The notes: a model not told the origin generated them from the sequence alone. Shown: positions 10,146 through 21,119, numbered from the stretch's first letter. The stretch is DNA of 64,000 nt from Vulcanimicrobiota bacterium (GCA_963714015.1 OY970223.1:3072001-3136000), one strand, 5' to 3'. Translations and numbers: made by a program.

Positions 10146-11228
10146 CTAGCGCACGCCGATCGGTGCGCTTGGGCCGATACGAGAACCTTCCTTCGCCACC
10201 GTGCCCGGTTCGATTACCACGTCGTGACCGATGACGCTCCCGCGCCCGATCTTCGCGCCGGCTCCGACGCGCGAACCGCTCGCGATAATGGTTTCGTCGA
10301 TTTCCGCCCCTTCTTCGACCGTGACGTCTTCCCAGAAGACGCTTTCGGTGATGCGCGCGTTCGCTCCGATACGGCAGCCGGTTCCCAGAACCACGTTCGG
10401 ACCCACACGCGCCGAGGGATCTATCTGCACTCCTGCTTCGATATGAACCGGCGCGATGACGTTCTCACCGTGCACTTTCGACGCCCCCGGACCGTTCACA
10501 CCGGGCTGGAGTTTGAGCGGCATCGCGCCCGAAAGAATGTCACGGTGAGCGTTGAGGTAGTGCTCCGGCCGGCCGAGATCGATCCAGTAATCGCTCGTCG
10601 TAAATGCGTAGAGCGAGTTGCCTTCCGCAAGCAGCTTCGGAAACGTTTCGCGTTCGATGGAGACGTTGCGCCCGGGCGGAATGAGTTTCAAAACGCCGGG
10701 GTCCAGCAGGTATGTGCCGGCATTGATTTCGTCCGTCGGCTCGGTGCCTTTGGGCGGCTTCTCTACGAATTGCGAGATGCGGCCGGTCTCGTCGTGCACG
10801 ACGCAGCCGAATGCGGATGGATCTTCTACTTTAATGAGGTGCAGCGCACCCAGACCGCCCTTCTGCTCGTGGTAGTCGATCATCGCTTGCAGATCGAGAC
10901 TGGTCAGGACGTCGCCGTTCAGCACGAAAAACGGTCCGTGAATGTGCTGCTCGACGTTCTTGATCGCGCCGGCCGTACCGAGCGGCTCGTCCTCGATGAC
11001 GTACGTGATGTTCATTCCGAGGCGTGAGCCGTCGCCGAAGTACTCCGTGATGGCCTGCGGCATATACCCGGCCGGCAGAATCACGTCCCTGATGCCGACG
11101 TCGTACAGGCGCTCGAGCGTCCGCGCCAGGAACGGCACGTTCATGATCGGGACCATCGGCTTGGGCGTTCCGAACGTCAGAGGACGCAGCCGCGTTCCCT
11201 CGCCGCCGACCAGCACGATTGCCTGCAC
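10146..11228 (-). CDS. NDP-sugar synthase (mannose-1-phosphate guanylyltransferase-like) with C-terminal left-handed beta-helix
   Basis: LVGGEGTRLRPLT..PKPMVP, EPLGTAGA, LNGD, FVEKP and WIDLG motifs, plus hexapeptide repeats. Confidence 0.88.
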   Translation of the reverse strand: MQAIVLVGGEGTRLRPLTFGTPKPMVPIMNVPFLARTLERLYDVGIRDVILPAGYMPQAITEYFGDGSRLGMNITYVIEDEPLGTAGAIKNVEQHIHGPFFVLNGDVLTSLDLQAMIDYHEQKGGLGALHLIKVEDPSAFGCVVHDETGRISQFVEKPPKGTEPTDEINAGTYLLDPGVLKLIPPGRNVSIERETFPKLLAEGNSLYAFTTSDYWIDLGRPEHYLNAHRDILSGAMPLKLQPGVNGPGASKVHGENVIAPVHIEAGVQIDPSARVGPNVVLGTGCRIGANARITESVFWEDVTVEEGAEIDETIIASGSRVGAGAKIGRGSVIGHDVVIEPGTVAKEGSRIGPSAPIGVR

Positions 11229-11412
11229 CTTAAACCTCCACAGTAATCACAGTAAGCAGGAAGGCACAAAGCTGCGCCTTTTAGGGGGCCTATTCCCTGC
11301 TGATCTTCGGCAGTAACGAAATTTTCCAGGCCGCAATACTTCGACGACAGCCGAACACTTGTTCGCGTATAGAGGAGGGATCCGTTCGCCGGACGAGAGC
11401 CCGTCCGGAAAA

Positions 11413-12780
11413 CTACTGTATCCCGATCCCGGCCACCAGGCCGCTTCCCTTGTCAAAAACGGCGATGAACGTCGCCGTGCCGTTGGCAAACTCAACGCGG
11501 TAGGTGTATGCGGTTCCGCGCTCGTCGATGCGCTTGCCTTTGAAGATAATGCTTTTCGGTGCTCCAAGCGGGGCGAGCTGCGCAGCAATCTGCTTTTGCG
11601 TTTGCGGAGTCGCCATCTTAGCGAAGCGTGGATCCAGTTCGCTCGCCTGCAACGTTCCGTGGAGCACTTCATCCAGAAGGTGAAGGATCCGCGGACGCAT
11701 GCTCACATCCTCGCCCGGAGCCGCCGTGCGCGCGGCCAGTGCAGCATCGGGGAACATCGATTCGACGACGGCCGTTTCTACCGCACCCGGATCGCCGGAC
11801 GTACTGTTCTCGAAAACGATGATGTTCACGCGGTCGTTCGGATAATACGAATTCATCGTGAACGAACCAAGCGAACCGCCGTTATGCCAAATGCGCGCAT
11901 GCCCGTCCAGGGGATCGACGCCCAAGCCCATGCCGTACGTGTCGGGAGCGCTGCCTGGAAGCTTCGGCGGTGTGATCATCATTTCGTAGTCGTGCGGGGT
12001 CACGATCTTACCGGAATGAAGTGCCGTGTCCCACGCCGCCATGTCGGCTAGGGTTGAAACGATCGCGCCCGCGCCGCCTGCCCAGCCCTCCTGGATTTCC
12101 GGCGCAGGTTGCAACGGGAGATTGTCGTGCATTCCGTTCCAGTATCCGACTGCGAAATCACTCATGGTAGGCTCATCGGACATGAATCCGGAGTGCGTCA
12201 TTCCGGCGGGTCCGAAGAGATGCTCGCGTACGTACGATTCGTACGACTCACCGGAGACTTTCTCGACCACCTTGCCGAGCACGTAGTAGTTGGTGTTGCT
12301 ATACTCCCACTTCGTGCCCGGCGTAAAGTGGAGCGGAACGTCGACGAGCTTCGCGACCGCTTCCAGACTGCCGCCGGTGGCCAGCTGCGCGGGAGACACG
12401 CGTTGAAGATAATCCGCCAGTCCGCTGACCTGGTTGAGTAACTGCCGTAAGGTGATTTCATTCGCGTGCGGGAACGCCGGCTCGTATTGCGCAAGCTTGT
12501 GGTCGATCGAGAGTTTACCTTGCTCCTGCAACTGCAAAATCGCCGCGGCCGTGAATTGTTTGGTTACCGAACCGATGTTGAAACCGGTGTCTGCGTCGAC
12601 CGGTTCATTTTTCGCGACGTTTCTGCGTCCATAGACTTTAGTATAGACCAGTGCGCCGTCTTTCACGATAGCCACCGCCGCTCCAACGGGCTTTTGCGAC
12701 GTTATGATCTTGTCGACGGCGGCGTTTACCGGGCTCAGCTGTACACTTACGGCTGCCGCTAAAAGAACAAATGAAAACAT
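11413..12780 (-). CDS. secreted serine hydrolase (beta-lactamase/PBP fold)
   Basis: Signal peptide; SVTK (SxxK), YSN and WHNGG motifs. Confidence 0.85.
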   Translation of the reverse strand: MFSFVLLAAAVSVQLSPVNAAVDKIITSQKPVGAAVAIVKDGALVYTKVYGRRNVAKNEPVDADTGFNIGSVTKQFTAAAILQLQEQGKLSIDHKLAQYEPAFPHANEITLRQLLNQVSGLADYLQRVSPAQLATGGSLEAVAKLVDVPLHFTPGTKWEYSNTNYYVLGKVVEKVSGESYESYVREHLFGPAGMTHSGFMSDEPTMSDFAVGYWNGMHDNLPLQPAPEIQEGWAGGAGAIVSTLADMAAWDTALHSGKIVTPHDYEMMITPPKLPGSAPDTYGMGLGVDPLDGHARIWHNGGSLGSFTMNSYYPNDRVNIIVFENSTSGDPGAVETAVVESMFPDAALAARTAAPGEDVSMRPRILHLLDEVLHGTLQASELDPRFAKMATPQTQKQIAAQLAPLGAPKSIIFKGKRIDERGTAYTYRVEFANGTATFIAVFDKGSGLVAGIGIQ

Positions 12781-12781
12781 A

Positions 12782-13495
12782 CTAGCGCATCGAGCGCTCG
12801 ATGAGCGCCGTCTGTTGGCTTGTCAGTATTCCCGGCGGGGACGCGAGCACGATCGTCGTTCCCTCGACGCTCCAGGCGGTGGGGTGAATCGTCCGGATGA
12901 TGCCGCCACGGGTGCGGAAGTACGCTTGCATCCCGCGGCTCGGGATCGGCGGAAGTCCGGGCATTGCACCGGGCGCGCCTGCGGGCCTCGAAATGAACAT
13001 CTTATCATCGCCCGGCGAGCCGGGTTCGACGCCGCGGCTCTCGCTAATCGTTAGCGGCCCTTGCGGCGTGTCGTACCGGAAGATGAGACTACGCCCGACG
13101 GTTGCGCCGTTCGGCGGCACGACTTCCGTGATCTCGCCCTGCAGTCCCGATGGGAGGCCGGCGGGTGCGATGACCGTGAACGGCATGTCGCGACGCGCTT
13201 GATCTAACGTTACGGCAGTGGTATTCGCGCTCACCATTTTCCCGTTCACGCTGACAAACACGCGGAACATATGAGCGACTTGCGCCAGCACGTTGCGATC
13301 GCCGAGCACCAGAAACGTCAGAGCCGCTGCGGCCGCGATTGCTACGGCCGGTCTGCGCCACCGCACCTGGACGTCGCGCGGCTGAAGGCGTGCGAGGACC
13401 GCGCGCTCATCATACGCCGGAACAGCAATATCCTCGGCGTACGCGCGCACCACGTTGCCCACGTTATTGGTTGTTGACGATTGATTCATTGACAT
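12782..13495 (-). CDS. single-pass membrane protein, probable anti-sigma factor
   Basis: Directly downstream of and overlapping the ECF sigma gene; short N-terminal domain, one TM (AVAIAAAAALTFLVLG), extracytoplasmic C-terminus. Confidence 0.6.
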   Translation of the reverse strand: MSMNQSSTTNNVGNVVRAYAEDIAVPAYDERAVLARLQPRDVQVRWRRPAVAIAAAAALTFLVLGDRNVLAQVAHMFRVFVSVNGKMVSANTTAVTLDQARRDMPFTVIAPAGLPSGLQGEITEVVPPNGATVGRSLIFRYDTPQGPLTISESRGVEPGSPGDDKMFISRPAGAPGAMPGLPPIPSRGMQAYFRTRGGIIRTIHPTAWSVEGTTIVLASPPGILTSQQTALIERSMR

Positions 13496-14045
13496 ATAAA
13501 ACTCCTGACGATGAGGGAGCCACGGGAAGGGACGCGTCCTCTGCCAGCAGGCCGCGCAATCGGCGATGCGCGATCATCAGCCGCCACCGGATGGTTACCG
13601 GGGAAATCGCGAGGACGTACGCGATCTCCGCGCTCGTCAAATTGTAGTAGTAGCGCAAGAGCACGACGATCCGCAGCGAGGCATCGAGCGATGCAATCGC
13701 GCGCCGGACGTCGATTCGATCGTCCTCGTCGTGTTCGTGCGGCAAGGTGTGCGGGTCGGCGTGCGCGCCGTAATTATCATCGCGCCGTTTCAGGCGCCGG
13801 CACTCATTGCTGACGATACGGTAAAGCCACACTTTGAAGTGCTCGGGGGACCGCAGCTGCTCGATTCGCGACCACGCGCGGGCACAGGCTTCCTGTGCGG
13901 CATCTTGCGCCGCGTGAGGGTCCTGCAGCATCGAATAGGCGATGCGGTAGACGTCGGCCCAGGTCGCTTCGGCGAGCTCGGCGCGCGCCGCAGCGTCACC
14001 GGATACGGCGCGTGCTACGACTTCCCGGAGGTTCTCCATATGCAA
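13464..14045 (-). CDS. ECF RNA polymerase sigma factor
   Basis: Region 2 (AQDAAQEA..AW...F..WLYRIVSN) and region 4 (LRYYYNLTSAEIA..L.IS..TIRWRL). Confidence 0.88.
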   Translation of the reverse strand: MHMENLREVVARAVSGDAAARAELAEATWADVYRIAYSMLQDPHAAQDAAQEACARAWSRIEQLRSPEHFKVWLYRIVSNECRRLKRRDDNYGAHADPHTLPHEHDEDDRIDVRRAIASLDASLRIVVLLRYYYNLTSAEIAYVLAISPVTIRWRLMIAHRRLRGLLAEDASLPVAPSSSGVLYVNESIVNNQ

Positions 14046-14087
14046 TAGACCCGCTCGAACGCCAAAGTGTTGGTCTAAAGTTCTAAA

Positions 14088-15855
14088 TTACGATGTCAAC
14101 GAGGGCCGCTGCAAGCCGCTTAGCGAGCGTTCGAGCATTGTGGCGCGTTCGCGCCATTGACGAGCCTCGACGGCGCCGTACGCCGTTTCAGCGGCCGAGC
14201 AGAGTTTTGCAAGTAGCGCGATCTCTTCGGGATCGGGCAGGGTGCCCTCGCAGTGATTGCCGTAAAGCGCGAAGCCTTGAAGCTCGTGCTGCGCGACGAT
14301 GGGAATCGCGATCATCGGCCGGTCGTTCCCGTGCGGCCCTCCGTCCAGATGAATGGCGACGTCATCCAGAACGATCGGCCGCTCGAGCGAGAGCAGCGTA
14401 CGCACGAGCAGCGAATCGTCGTCGAATACGCGCAGCGATGCATTCTCCCATCCGGTGGAAGCCTTGCATGAGAACGGTTCGCTTGAACCCAGCCGAGTAA
14501 AGACTGCCGCTGAGGCGAGCGCAAGGATATGGGCGGCCTCAACACCGAGTACATCGTCAACCGCCGACGTCGACGACGCAAATGCGAGTGCCCCAATGCG
14601 ATACTCGATGCGCTTCTCCGCGATATGCCTTGCCCGGAAAACAACGCGATCGATGAGCCGTTCGGTCTTGCCGTGCAGCGAGTTCAGGATGAAGCCAAGC
14701 CCGATAGTGACGACAGACTTCGATTGCCAGCGCAAGGCGCTGTTCGCTCAGCATACGGCTCGTGAGCCAATCAACCAGACTAACGACCACCACAATGAGG
14801 GCCGTCATCGCGCCGTAAACCAAGGTGCGGTTGAGCGCGAAGTTGATGTCCAGGACGCGATGGCGCAACACGGCATACGCGAGCGCGATGGGCAACGCAC
14901 ATGACAAGAGTTGAGAGACGTCGCTAAGCATCGTCGTCAGCGTTGTGTTTCCCCCCAACAACACCAGCATGTTGAATCCCGCATACGCCAGAGCGCTGAC
15001 AACCACGCCTGCGATGACCCAAGAGACACGCCGGCGCGCCTCACCGGCGATGTCGTGATACACCAGCGCGGCAAAGAGCAACGCCAGAATCAACAGCACG
15101 AAGGGTCCCAAGATACCGAACGTGGTCCAAGAGCTGAAAATGAGGGGCTCGTACAGGATTTGCGCGAGACACGCAATCGCGGAGAGCCCGAAGATCGCGT
15201 CGGCGCTGCGAACGCGCAATCGCCCCTTGGCGGTAGCCGGAACCTCCGGAAAACGCGCGATAAAAGGCAGCAGTGCTGCAGCCGGGAGCGTCGAGAACGC
15301 CGCTAAGATGAAAACGGCTATCGCTGTATACCATGCGCCGGGCAACCACGAGAACAGTGCCGCAACATCGCCGGAGATAACGACGCCCGTACCATAAAAT
15401 ACCAACGCCGCCGTTGCAACGGACGGCTTGCGCAGCGCGATGACCGCGACGATGAGCAGCGTTATTATGGCGTTGAGAAGAAAGGGCCAGCTATACTTGA
15501 CGGACGGGATTGCTTCGCCTATGGAGGCGCGAATGCTCACAATGCGCCGCGCACCGTTGTGGATGACGGGAACGGTCAGTGTCGTGCCGGGCGGGCTATG
15601 GCGCAGCTCCAAGCGGAGGCGATCGTCGAGCGGCATCGCCGCGACGTCCACCAAGTCGCCGTTCCGAATGCCTTGCTTGTAGGCTTCGCCGCCGGCCGCG
15701 AGGCCCGTGACCTGTGCTGCGGCTCCCGGTGCGCTCGACTTGGCGACGACAAAGCCAAAACTGGTCCGCTCGATAGGCGCGTAAACCTCGGCGAACGCCA
15801 AAACCAACATAGCGATCGCGAGCGCTGCAAGGAGCCAGCCCCACACGGTTTTCAT
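14088..15855 (-). CDS. multi-pass membrane protein (PDZ-like loop, several TMs, C-terminal GAF-like domain); one frameshift near 14720
   Basis: ORF 14557-15855 (AYAVLRHRVLDINFALNRTLVY) continues in ORF 14088-14735 after an extra base at LAIE/VVTIG. Same architecture as 47963-49573. Confidence 0.7.
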
Positions 15856-15976
15856 CGTCGGGCATCTTCAACGGCGGGCCGGGAGCCTGCCTGTCTAGGG
15901 CGCTCGGTCGGCACCGCGAAGTGCCACGCCTGGACCCGGTTTACGCCGCCGCAACGTAAAGCGTCGATCAGCACCC

Positions 15977-16006
15977 TTGCAAGGCGGTGACGGCGCGGTG
16001 TAGTAT
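15977..16006 (+). promoter_or_regulatory. sigma70-type promoter candidate for the tRNA operon
   Basis: TTGCAA-N18-TAGTAT followed by a GC-rich stretch, 18 nt before tRNA-Gln. Confidence 0.45.
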
Positions 16007-16024
16007 AACCGTCGCTGCCCGCGA

Positions 16025-16095
16025 TCCCGGGTGATGAAATGGTATCATGACAGGCTCTGAACCTGTTCTTCCTCGTTCGAGTCGAGGCCCGGGAG
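16025..16095 (+). tRNA. tRNA-Gln(CTG)
   Basis: Acceptor TCCCGGG/CCCGGGA, anticodon arm ACAGG-CT-CTG-AA-CCTGT, T arm CCTCG-TTCGAGT-CGAGG; no encoded CCA. Confidence 0.9.
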
Positions 16096-16101
16096 CGTAG
16101 C

Positions 16102-16174
16102 GGCCCTATCGTCTAGAGGCCTAGGACGCCGCCCTCTCACGGCGGTAACGCGGGTTCGAATCCCGCTGGGGCTA
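16102..16174 (+). tRNA. tRNA-Glu(CTC)
   Basis: Acceptor GGCCCTA/TGGGGCT, anticodon arm CCGCC-CT-CTC-AC-GGCGG, T arm GCGGG-TTCGAAT-CCCGC. Confidence 0.93.
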
Positions 16175-16189
16175 AATTTTCGGGAGAGA

Positions 16190-16215
16190 AAAACGCCAGC
16201 ATTTGTTGGCGTTTT
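16190..16215. terminator. intrinsic terminator, possibly bidirectional, after tRNA-Glu
   Basis: AAAACGCCAGC-ATTT-GTTGGCGTTTT hairpin with A and T tracts on either side. Confidence 0.7.
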
Positions 16216-16284
16216 GTAATTTCCCGAGTTCCCAGATCACTCTGCGGTTGCCATTTGGTTGCCGCGAGCGGCATAACCGCTCCT

Positions 16285-19200
16285 CTATCGCAAGTAGCGT
16301 TCGACGATTTGGTCCACTGAACCAAGCCATGCTTCGTTGGACGTGCCGCCATCGAGCCCTTGACGAATGGCGGAAAGTTGAGCGGCGCGGAGGTCGCTCA
16401 TTAGATATTCCAGCCATTCAGGCTTTCCAGAAGATGCCTCGACGGCCGCACGCATGGCGTCGTCCAGCATTCGCAGAAAGATACGCTCATCGCTTGGCCC
16501 CGTAACGACGAGGTGAATTCCCGGTTGTCGCAATGCACCACCCAGGTACCTACGGAGCGCTATGAGTCGAGCAGTTTCCTGGACATGACCATCAGAGATT
16601 GGAGCGTTCGTCAAATGATGCAAAATCTCATCAACCTCCACTGGAATAAACAGCAGCCCAGAACGGCGGCCGACGTGCAGGACGCGATAATATTCGTCGT
16701 CCTGAATTGCGCCGTTTGAGCGAAGCGTAGCAGTGACATCGAAGCTCGACAGCACAGCGGCACCCTTCTCCGTTCGTTCAAAGCGATTGCAATATCTGTC
16801 ATCAACGAAAAGCTTCTCTCCAACTTGTGCCTCTTCGAGTAACGCGGAGATAGCGTCGGCGTTTGCTCCCAACTCAGAGGACCTGCCTGTACCGCGAAAA
16901 TGAAACAGTCCGCGATCCACGCCATCGCGAATAACATCCATAAGGCCAGCCAGTTTTGAAGCCGCCTGATCGCGTTTTTCGGCCTCGTCCACCTGCCACT
17001 GTACGAAGCGCCTTGACGGTTCCGAAATGTACAGCTCGAAATTACCGATGATTAGTGGTTGCAAGAGCTGTGCTTCCTGCATTAAGCCAACGTGGGCAGA
17101 GTCGAACAACAACTTCGCGGGCCGCGTGATCGTCGGCCCGGCCGGCGCGACTGCTCCCTCCGTCCCCAAAATTCGCAGCGCGTCTTCCCGTTGCCACGAC
17201 GTGAGCAAGCCAAGTGCTACCAATGAATCGATCAGTCGCCGGAGATTAACCGTTACCTCGCTCATCGTCTCACTTAGCGGCACGATCTCATGCGTCTTGA
17301 AGTCCACTGACGGCACTGACGTCACAAAGAACCCGGCGCTAGCAGTGGCCCAAGTGTAGGGATCTTGTGTTGGAACAACCGCTATAACTCGGCCCCTAAT
17401 GGCCGATAGCACTTGCTTCAAATAGCGAATTCGTTCTGGCTGCGCCGTCTCGATTCGCTCACTCATCCCGTGAAGCATCGCGGATGCCTGGACCGGCAGG
17501 ATTACTTTCGAGAATAGTTTTGGCATCAGCATCAGCAACCCGAGATAATGCAGTGTCACGAGGGCCGTCATGTCCACAAGCGCCGTACCGGCAACCCCAT
17601 CCACGAGCGGCCCGCGTCCGCCATGCCTCACATAAGTCGGATTCCACTCTTCGGGTTTACGAGATTGGTTGAGCTCCGACTCGACGAGGTGTGTAACCGC
17701 CAGGGGAAGCCGTTCCGCGTCGGCGATGAGATGAATCGGAACGTCACCATTGCGATACATTGCAGAAAGTCTCTGCAGGCGCTCCCGTGACTCTTTGACC
17801 AGCTGCAGAAGCTGCTCATAGTTTGCTTGCCGAACGCCGGACGCTGCATCCGTAGAAGAGCTGCGGCATACGCTTGATCAGCGATTCTGTTTGCCGCTCG
17901 CGGCCCACGCGATAGGCTAAGTCAAGTGCGTCGACTACTGAGTCGTCAGGAACGCCCAGATCCATCGCCTTGTCCCACATTTCCCCGGCTTCGTGGCGAT
18001 GTGATGCCCCAGCGCTCTCGCAAAGTTTAGAGCAATTCCCGGAGTGATGTCTGCCGCATCGCGGATCTTTGGGACTAATAACGCAATGGCGTCTGTATTT
18101 CCGATTTTAAAAAGAAGGGATGCATACATTTCACTAATTCGGCACTCGGGGCCTCGTCAAAGAATTTCTCACACTCCTTCAGTGCCCGTGTACGGTCGCC
18201 AAGGTTCCATAGCGACATCACGTGAGCATGCCGTACATTGCGTTCGAGCCCTAAACCAGTCCACGCAACAGCGTCTTCGTATAAGCTTTCAGAACATCCT
18301 CATATCGCTTTGTATTGAAGAAGCCGGCCAAGGCTAGTCGAACAGCAGCCGGAACGTATAAGTCGCGAAGAAGCCTGGGTGCATTTGAAGCGACCTTTTG
18401 CCAGTCACCCTTTCTCGCTGCTGACGTACATTCGTCGAGCAGGACAACCGCATTTAACGCCTCTTCGCTTCGTACGGGCCTCTCGTTTTCATCTCGCCGG
18501 ATGGTATCAACCACGCGCTGTACGTCGACGCCTGACTCGCCTTCGAGCGCTTGAATAGCAGCTTTAAACTCCCGCTGTTCAAGCAAGGCGCGCGATAGCA
18601 GCATTTTGCGCTGAAGGCGCTCATTATCAGTTTCATCCGGCGAGGCGTTCATCAAGAGTTTGGCCGCGGCATCGTGGTTTCTGTCTTCAAGCATCAACCA
18701 GCCCGTGAGGAACCGTTGTGCCGGCCGGTCAGTCCCAGCCTCTATGGCCACCTTAGCGCCGGCCAACCATTCCAAGTGAATGTTCAATCCGTACATCCTC
18801 GACCATTGGACGACATAGTCTATTGGCTCGGTGCGCCGCAGCAAGTCGCCGCCGACTACTCTACTATCATCTCGACGGTCCGGATTGATGGCCAAAGAGA
18901 CGAAATGCCAAAATTCGTGGATTTCGACACTGGCGCAGGGACCGTCCAACGCGTCTAGCGCCTTGCGGAAATGCCCCGCAGATTCGTCCAGGTAACGGCG
19001 ACGTTCAGTATCCAAGGTCAGCAGATCCCGCGTGACGGGCTCACCTGGCGCCAGCAGTTGACGAGGGAGTATTGCCGCCGGATAGCACGTAAAAAACTTT
19101 ACAACCCCCGCGGTGTGCTGAACGAGGAGGTTCTTCTCGTCGAGCTCCAGCGCTCGCTTGATCGCCTTAAGTGCCGCTTCGTGCTGACCATGGGCAAGCC

Positions 19201-19653
19201 ACACGAGCGACAAAATCCGATGCATCTCTGCATCGTTACGATTTTCGTCATAGACTGCCTCGATCGCCTTAAGAGCCTCTCTGTGCTGTTGAACGTACAA
19301 CAGATACAAAGCGCGCGTTCTCGCAGAACGAACGCCTTCATGACTTAGCAGTTTGAGCGCGCTTTCTACGCCATTCTTGCTAAATTCAATGTCTGCATCG
19401 ATGACGCTGATTCCTCGTTATCTGGCACAAGCGCTCGACTTTCTCTGGCGAACTGCTCCCCCAAGGGCATGTCGAGGCTCGACGACAATAGCCACCCGGG
19501 CACGCAGTCGTAGCACAGCGGCACGCACTTCAGTTGGAGCTTCCGAAAATTCGTTCGATGCGAGAAGCGTGCTAAGATTTTTTCGTACTTCAACGTAGCG
19601 CCCTTCAGCGAGTCTGCCGTCGCAACGTTTCAATATACAAGCTGATCTAGCAT
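16285..19653 (-). pseudogene. large TPR-repeat protein with C-terminal tandem PIN-like domains (TPR-GreAB-C-PIN-like), multiply disrupted
   Basis: Consecutive minus-strand ORFs 19418-19633, 18251-19309 (TPRs: AALKAIKRALELDEKN), 17935-18129 and 16285-17760 (YRNGDVPIH, ALVDMTALVTLHYLGLL, LLFDS, LFVDDR). Several stops and shifts at the junctions. Confidence 0.65.
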
Positions 19654-19663
19654 GCTGGGCGGC

Positions 19664-20400
19664 TCATATCAGCAGGTCGTCATCGAGATCCGACCGCCTC
19701 AGCCGGTCATTCGCAAATGGAAGGTCCATTGAATCGAACTGGGCCTTTACTATGTTTAATATGCTCGTGAACATAGTAGGGTGCATCCCTGGCGCTGCAA
19801 TCAGCTGCGCAAGCAAATTGTTCATTTGCTCTGCTGTCACTGGGGCCATCGGGAAACGCTCAATTACAGGCGCTGGAAAAACCTGAATGGTTCTTACTTC
19901 TCGCTCGTCGCTATACTCCGTTCGTTTATGAAAAAACAAGGTGTGGATATCGTCTACAATGGGCGGCAGATGGTCATATGAGATAGGTCCGATGCGGACC
20001 GCCGGACTGTCCTCGAATACGGCCCGAACGGCACCGTACGTCGTAGAAATTGCGATAGCAAAGGGGTCGCGGCCGTAAATCCTCCACATCGCGAACGATT
20101 CGCGCCCAGGGTGCCGAAACCAGCATGTTACCGCCGTGCAAGCGCGCGCAGCACGTATTATTTCTTCGTTGGTCGGCGGCGAGCTCATCGTGAGCCCGTA
20201 TCGTCCACAAAGCTTCTTGGCTCGACACCGAGGTAACGCCCGAGACCCGGCGATATTTTGATGTTTCTAAAACCAAATGCACCCTCAGAGGCGTCCTCAA
20301 ACGTGTCGACGCGGGTTTGAAACAGGCCACGACTCGTCAGCATAACGAGAAATGGGCCGAGACTCATATATCGCCAAAGTTCTGTGCTATCAGATAGGAG
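19664..20400 (-). CDS. DUF2971-like protein, one frameshift near 20190; start uncertain
   Basis: LWRYMSL..F.......F..RVDTFEDASEG (20185-20382) continues into CW.....ESFAMWRIY and FHKRTEYSDEREVR (19664-20188). Confidence 0.6.
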
Positions 20401-20435
20401 AGTGCTTCACACATCTTTTGAGTTACGTGCGCCTT

Positions 20436-20810
20436 TTACGCACGCCGCGCCTGCCCTAAACGACGGTCAATTGCCGAGACTGCTGCAGAGTCACCTGACG
20501 GAAGCGCATGCGCATAAATACCGAGCGTCGTACTTGGAGTCGTGTGGCCCAAGATTCGAGTACGGTAGCGATATCCACCCCGCCGGCTAACATCCACGTT
20601 GCAGCAGTGTGTCGCAGATCGTGCAAGGTAGCATTTATCTTCGTTCTCCTTCGAATCATGCGAAACGCGTCTGTTGCCAAGAATGGCGCCAGTGGCGAAC
20701 CGATCTCGTTCTGAAAAACGTAGCCCGAGTCACAATAAGCCGGTCCAGCCGCAAGCCGGTCCTGCGCCTGCAACAATATCCCGCGTCATGAGCATGAAGC
20801 ACCGGCTTGA
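20436..20810 (-). pseudogene. tyrosine recombinase/integrase C-terminal remnant
   Basis: QAQDRLAAG..YCDSGYVF..EIGSP...TLHDLRHTAATWMLAGGVD, then after a shift at ~20561 RILGHTTPSTTLGIYAHA (HxLRH, LGH, catalytic Tyr). N-terminal two-thirds absent. Confidence 0.85.
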
Positions 20811-20861
20811 AGACCTTGCGTCGACAATCGGGCCTGCGCTCCTGTTTTAGCGTTCCTGTAT

Positions 20862-21119
20862 TTGGTCGGACTCTCGGCCCACTCGAAGGTCGCGGAGTGG
20901 TTAGCGTGGGCGTTGTTTTGGGCCGGAATCGTCGCTGTGACCGTCGTCGGAATGGCACTTTTTCGGCTTCTTACTGTTCTGGAACGTCGCCATGATGCCG
21001 TTGCTCTTAAGGGTCTTTGGAGCCTGGTCTCGGGGAACGGCCGTTATCGGTTCGTGAGCGCTTGGAGGATCGTGGACACAAAGCCTTGGTCGTCGGACAA
21101 GAGCCAAACCCGAGAATAG
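20862..21119 (+). CDS. small hypothetical membrane protein or fragment
   Basis: Hydrophobic stretch WLAWALFWAGIVAVTVVGMALF; no clear start codon. Confidence 0.3.
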   Translation: MVGLSAHSKVAEWLAWALFWAGIVAVTVVGMALFRLLTVLERRHDAVALKGLWSLVSGNGRYRFVSAWRIVDTKPWSSDKSQTRE

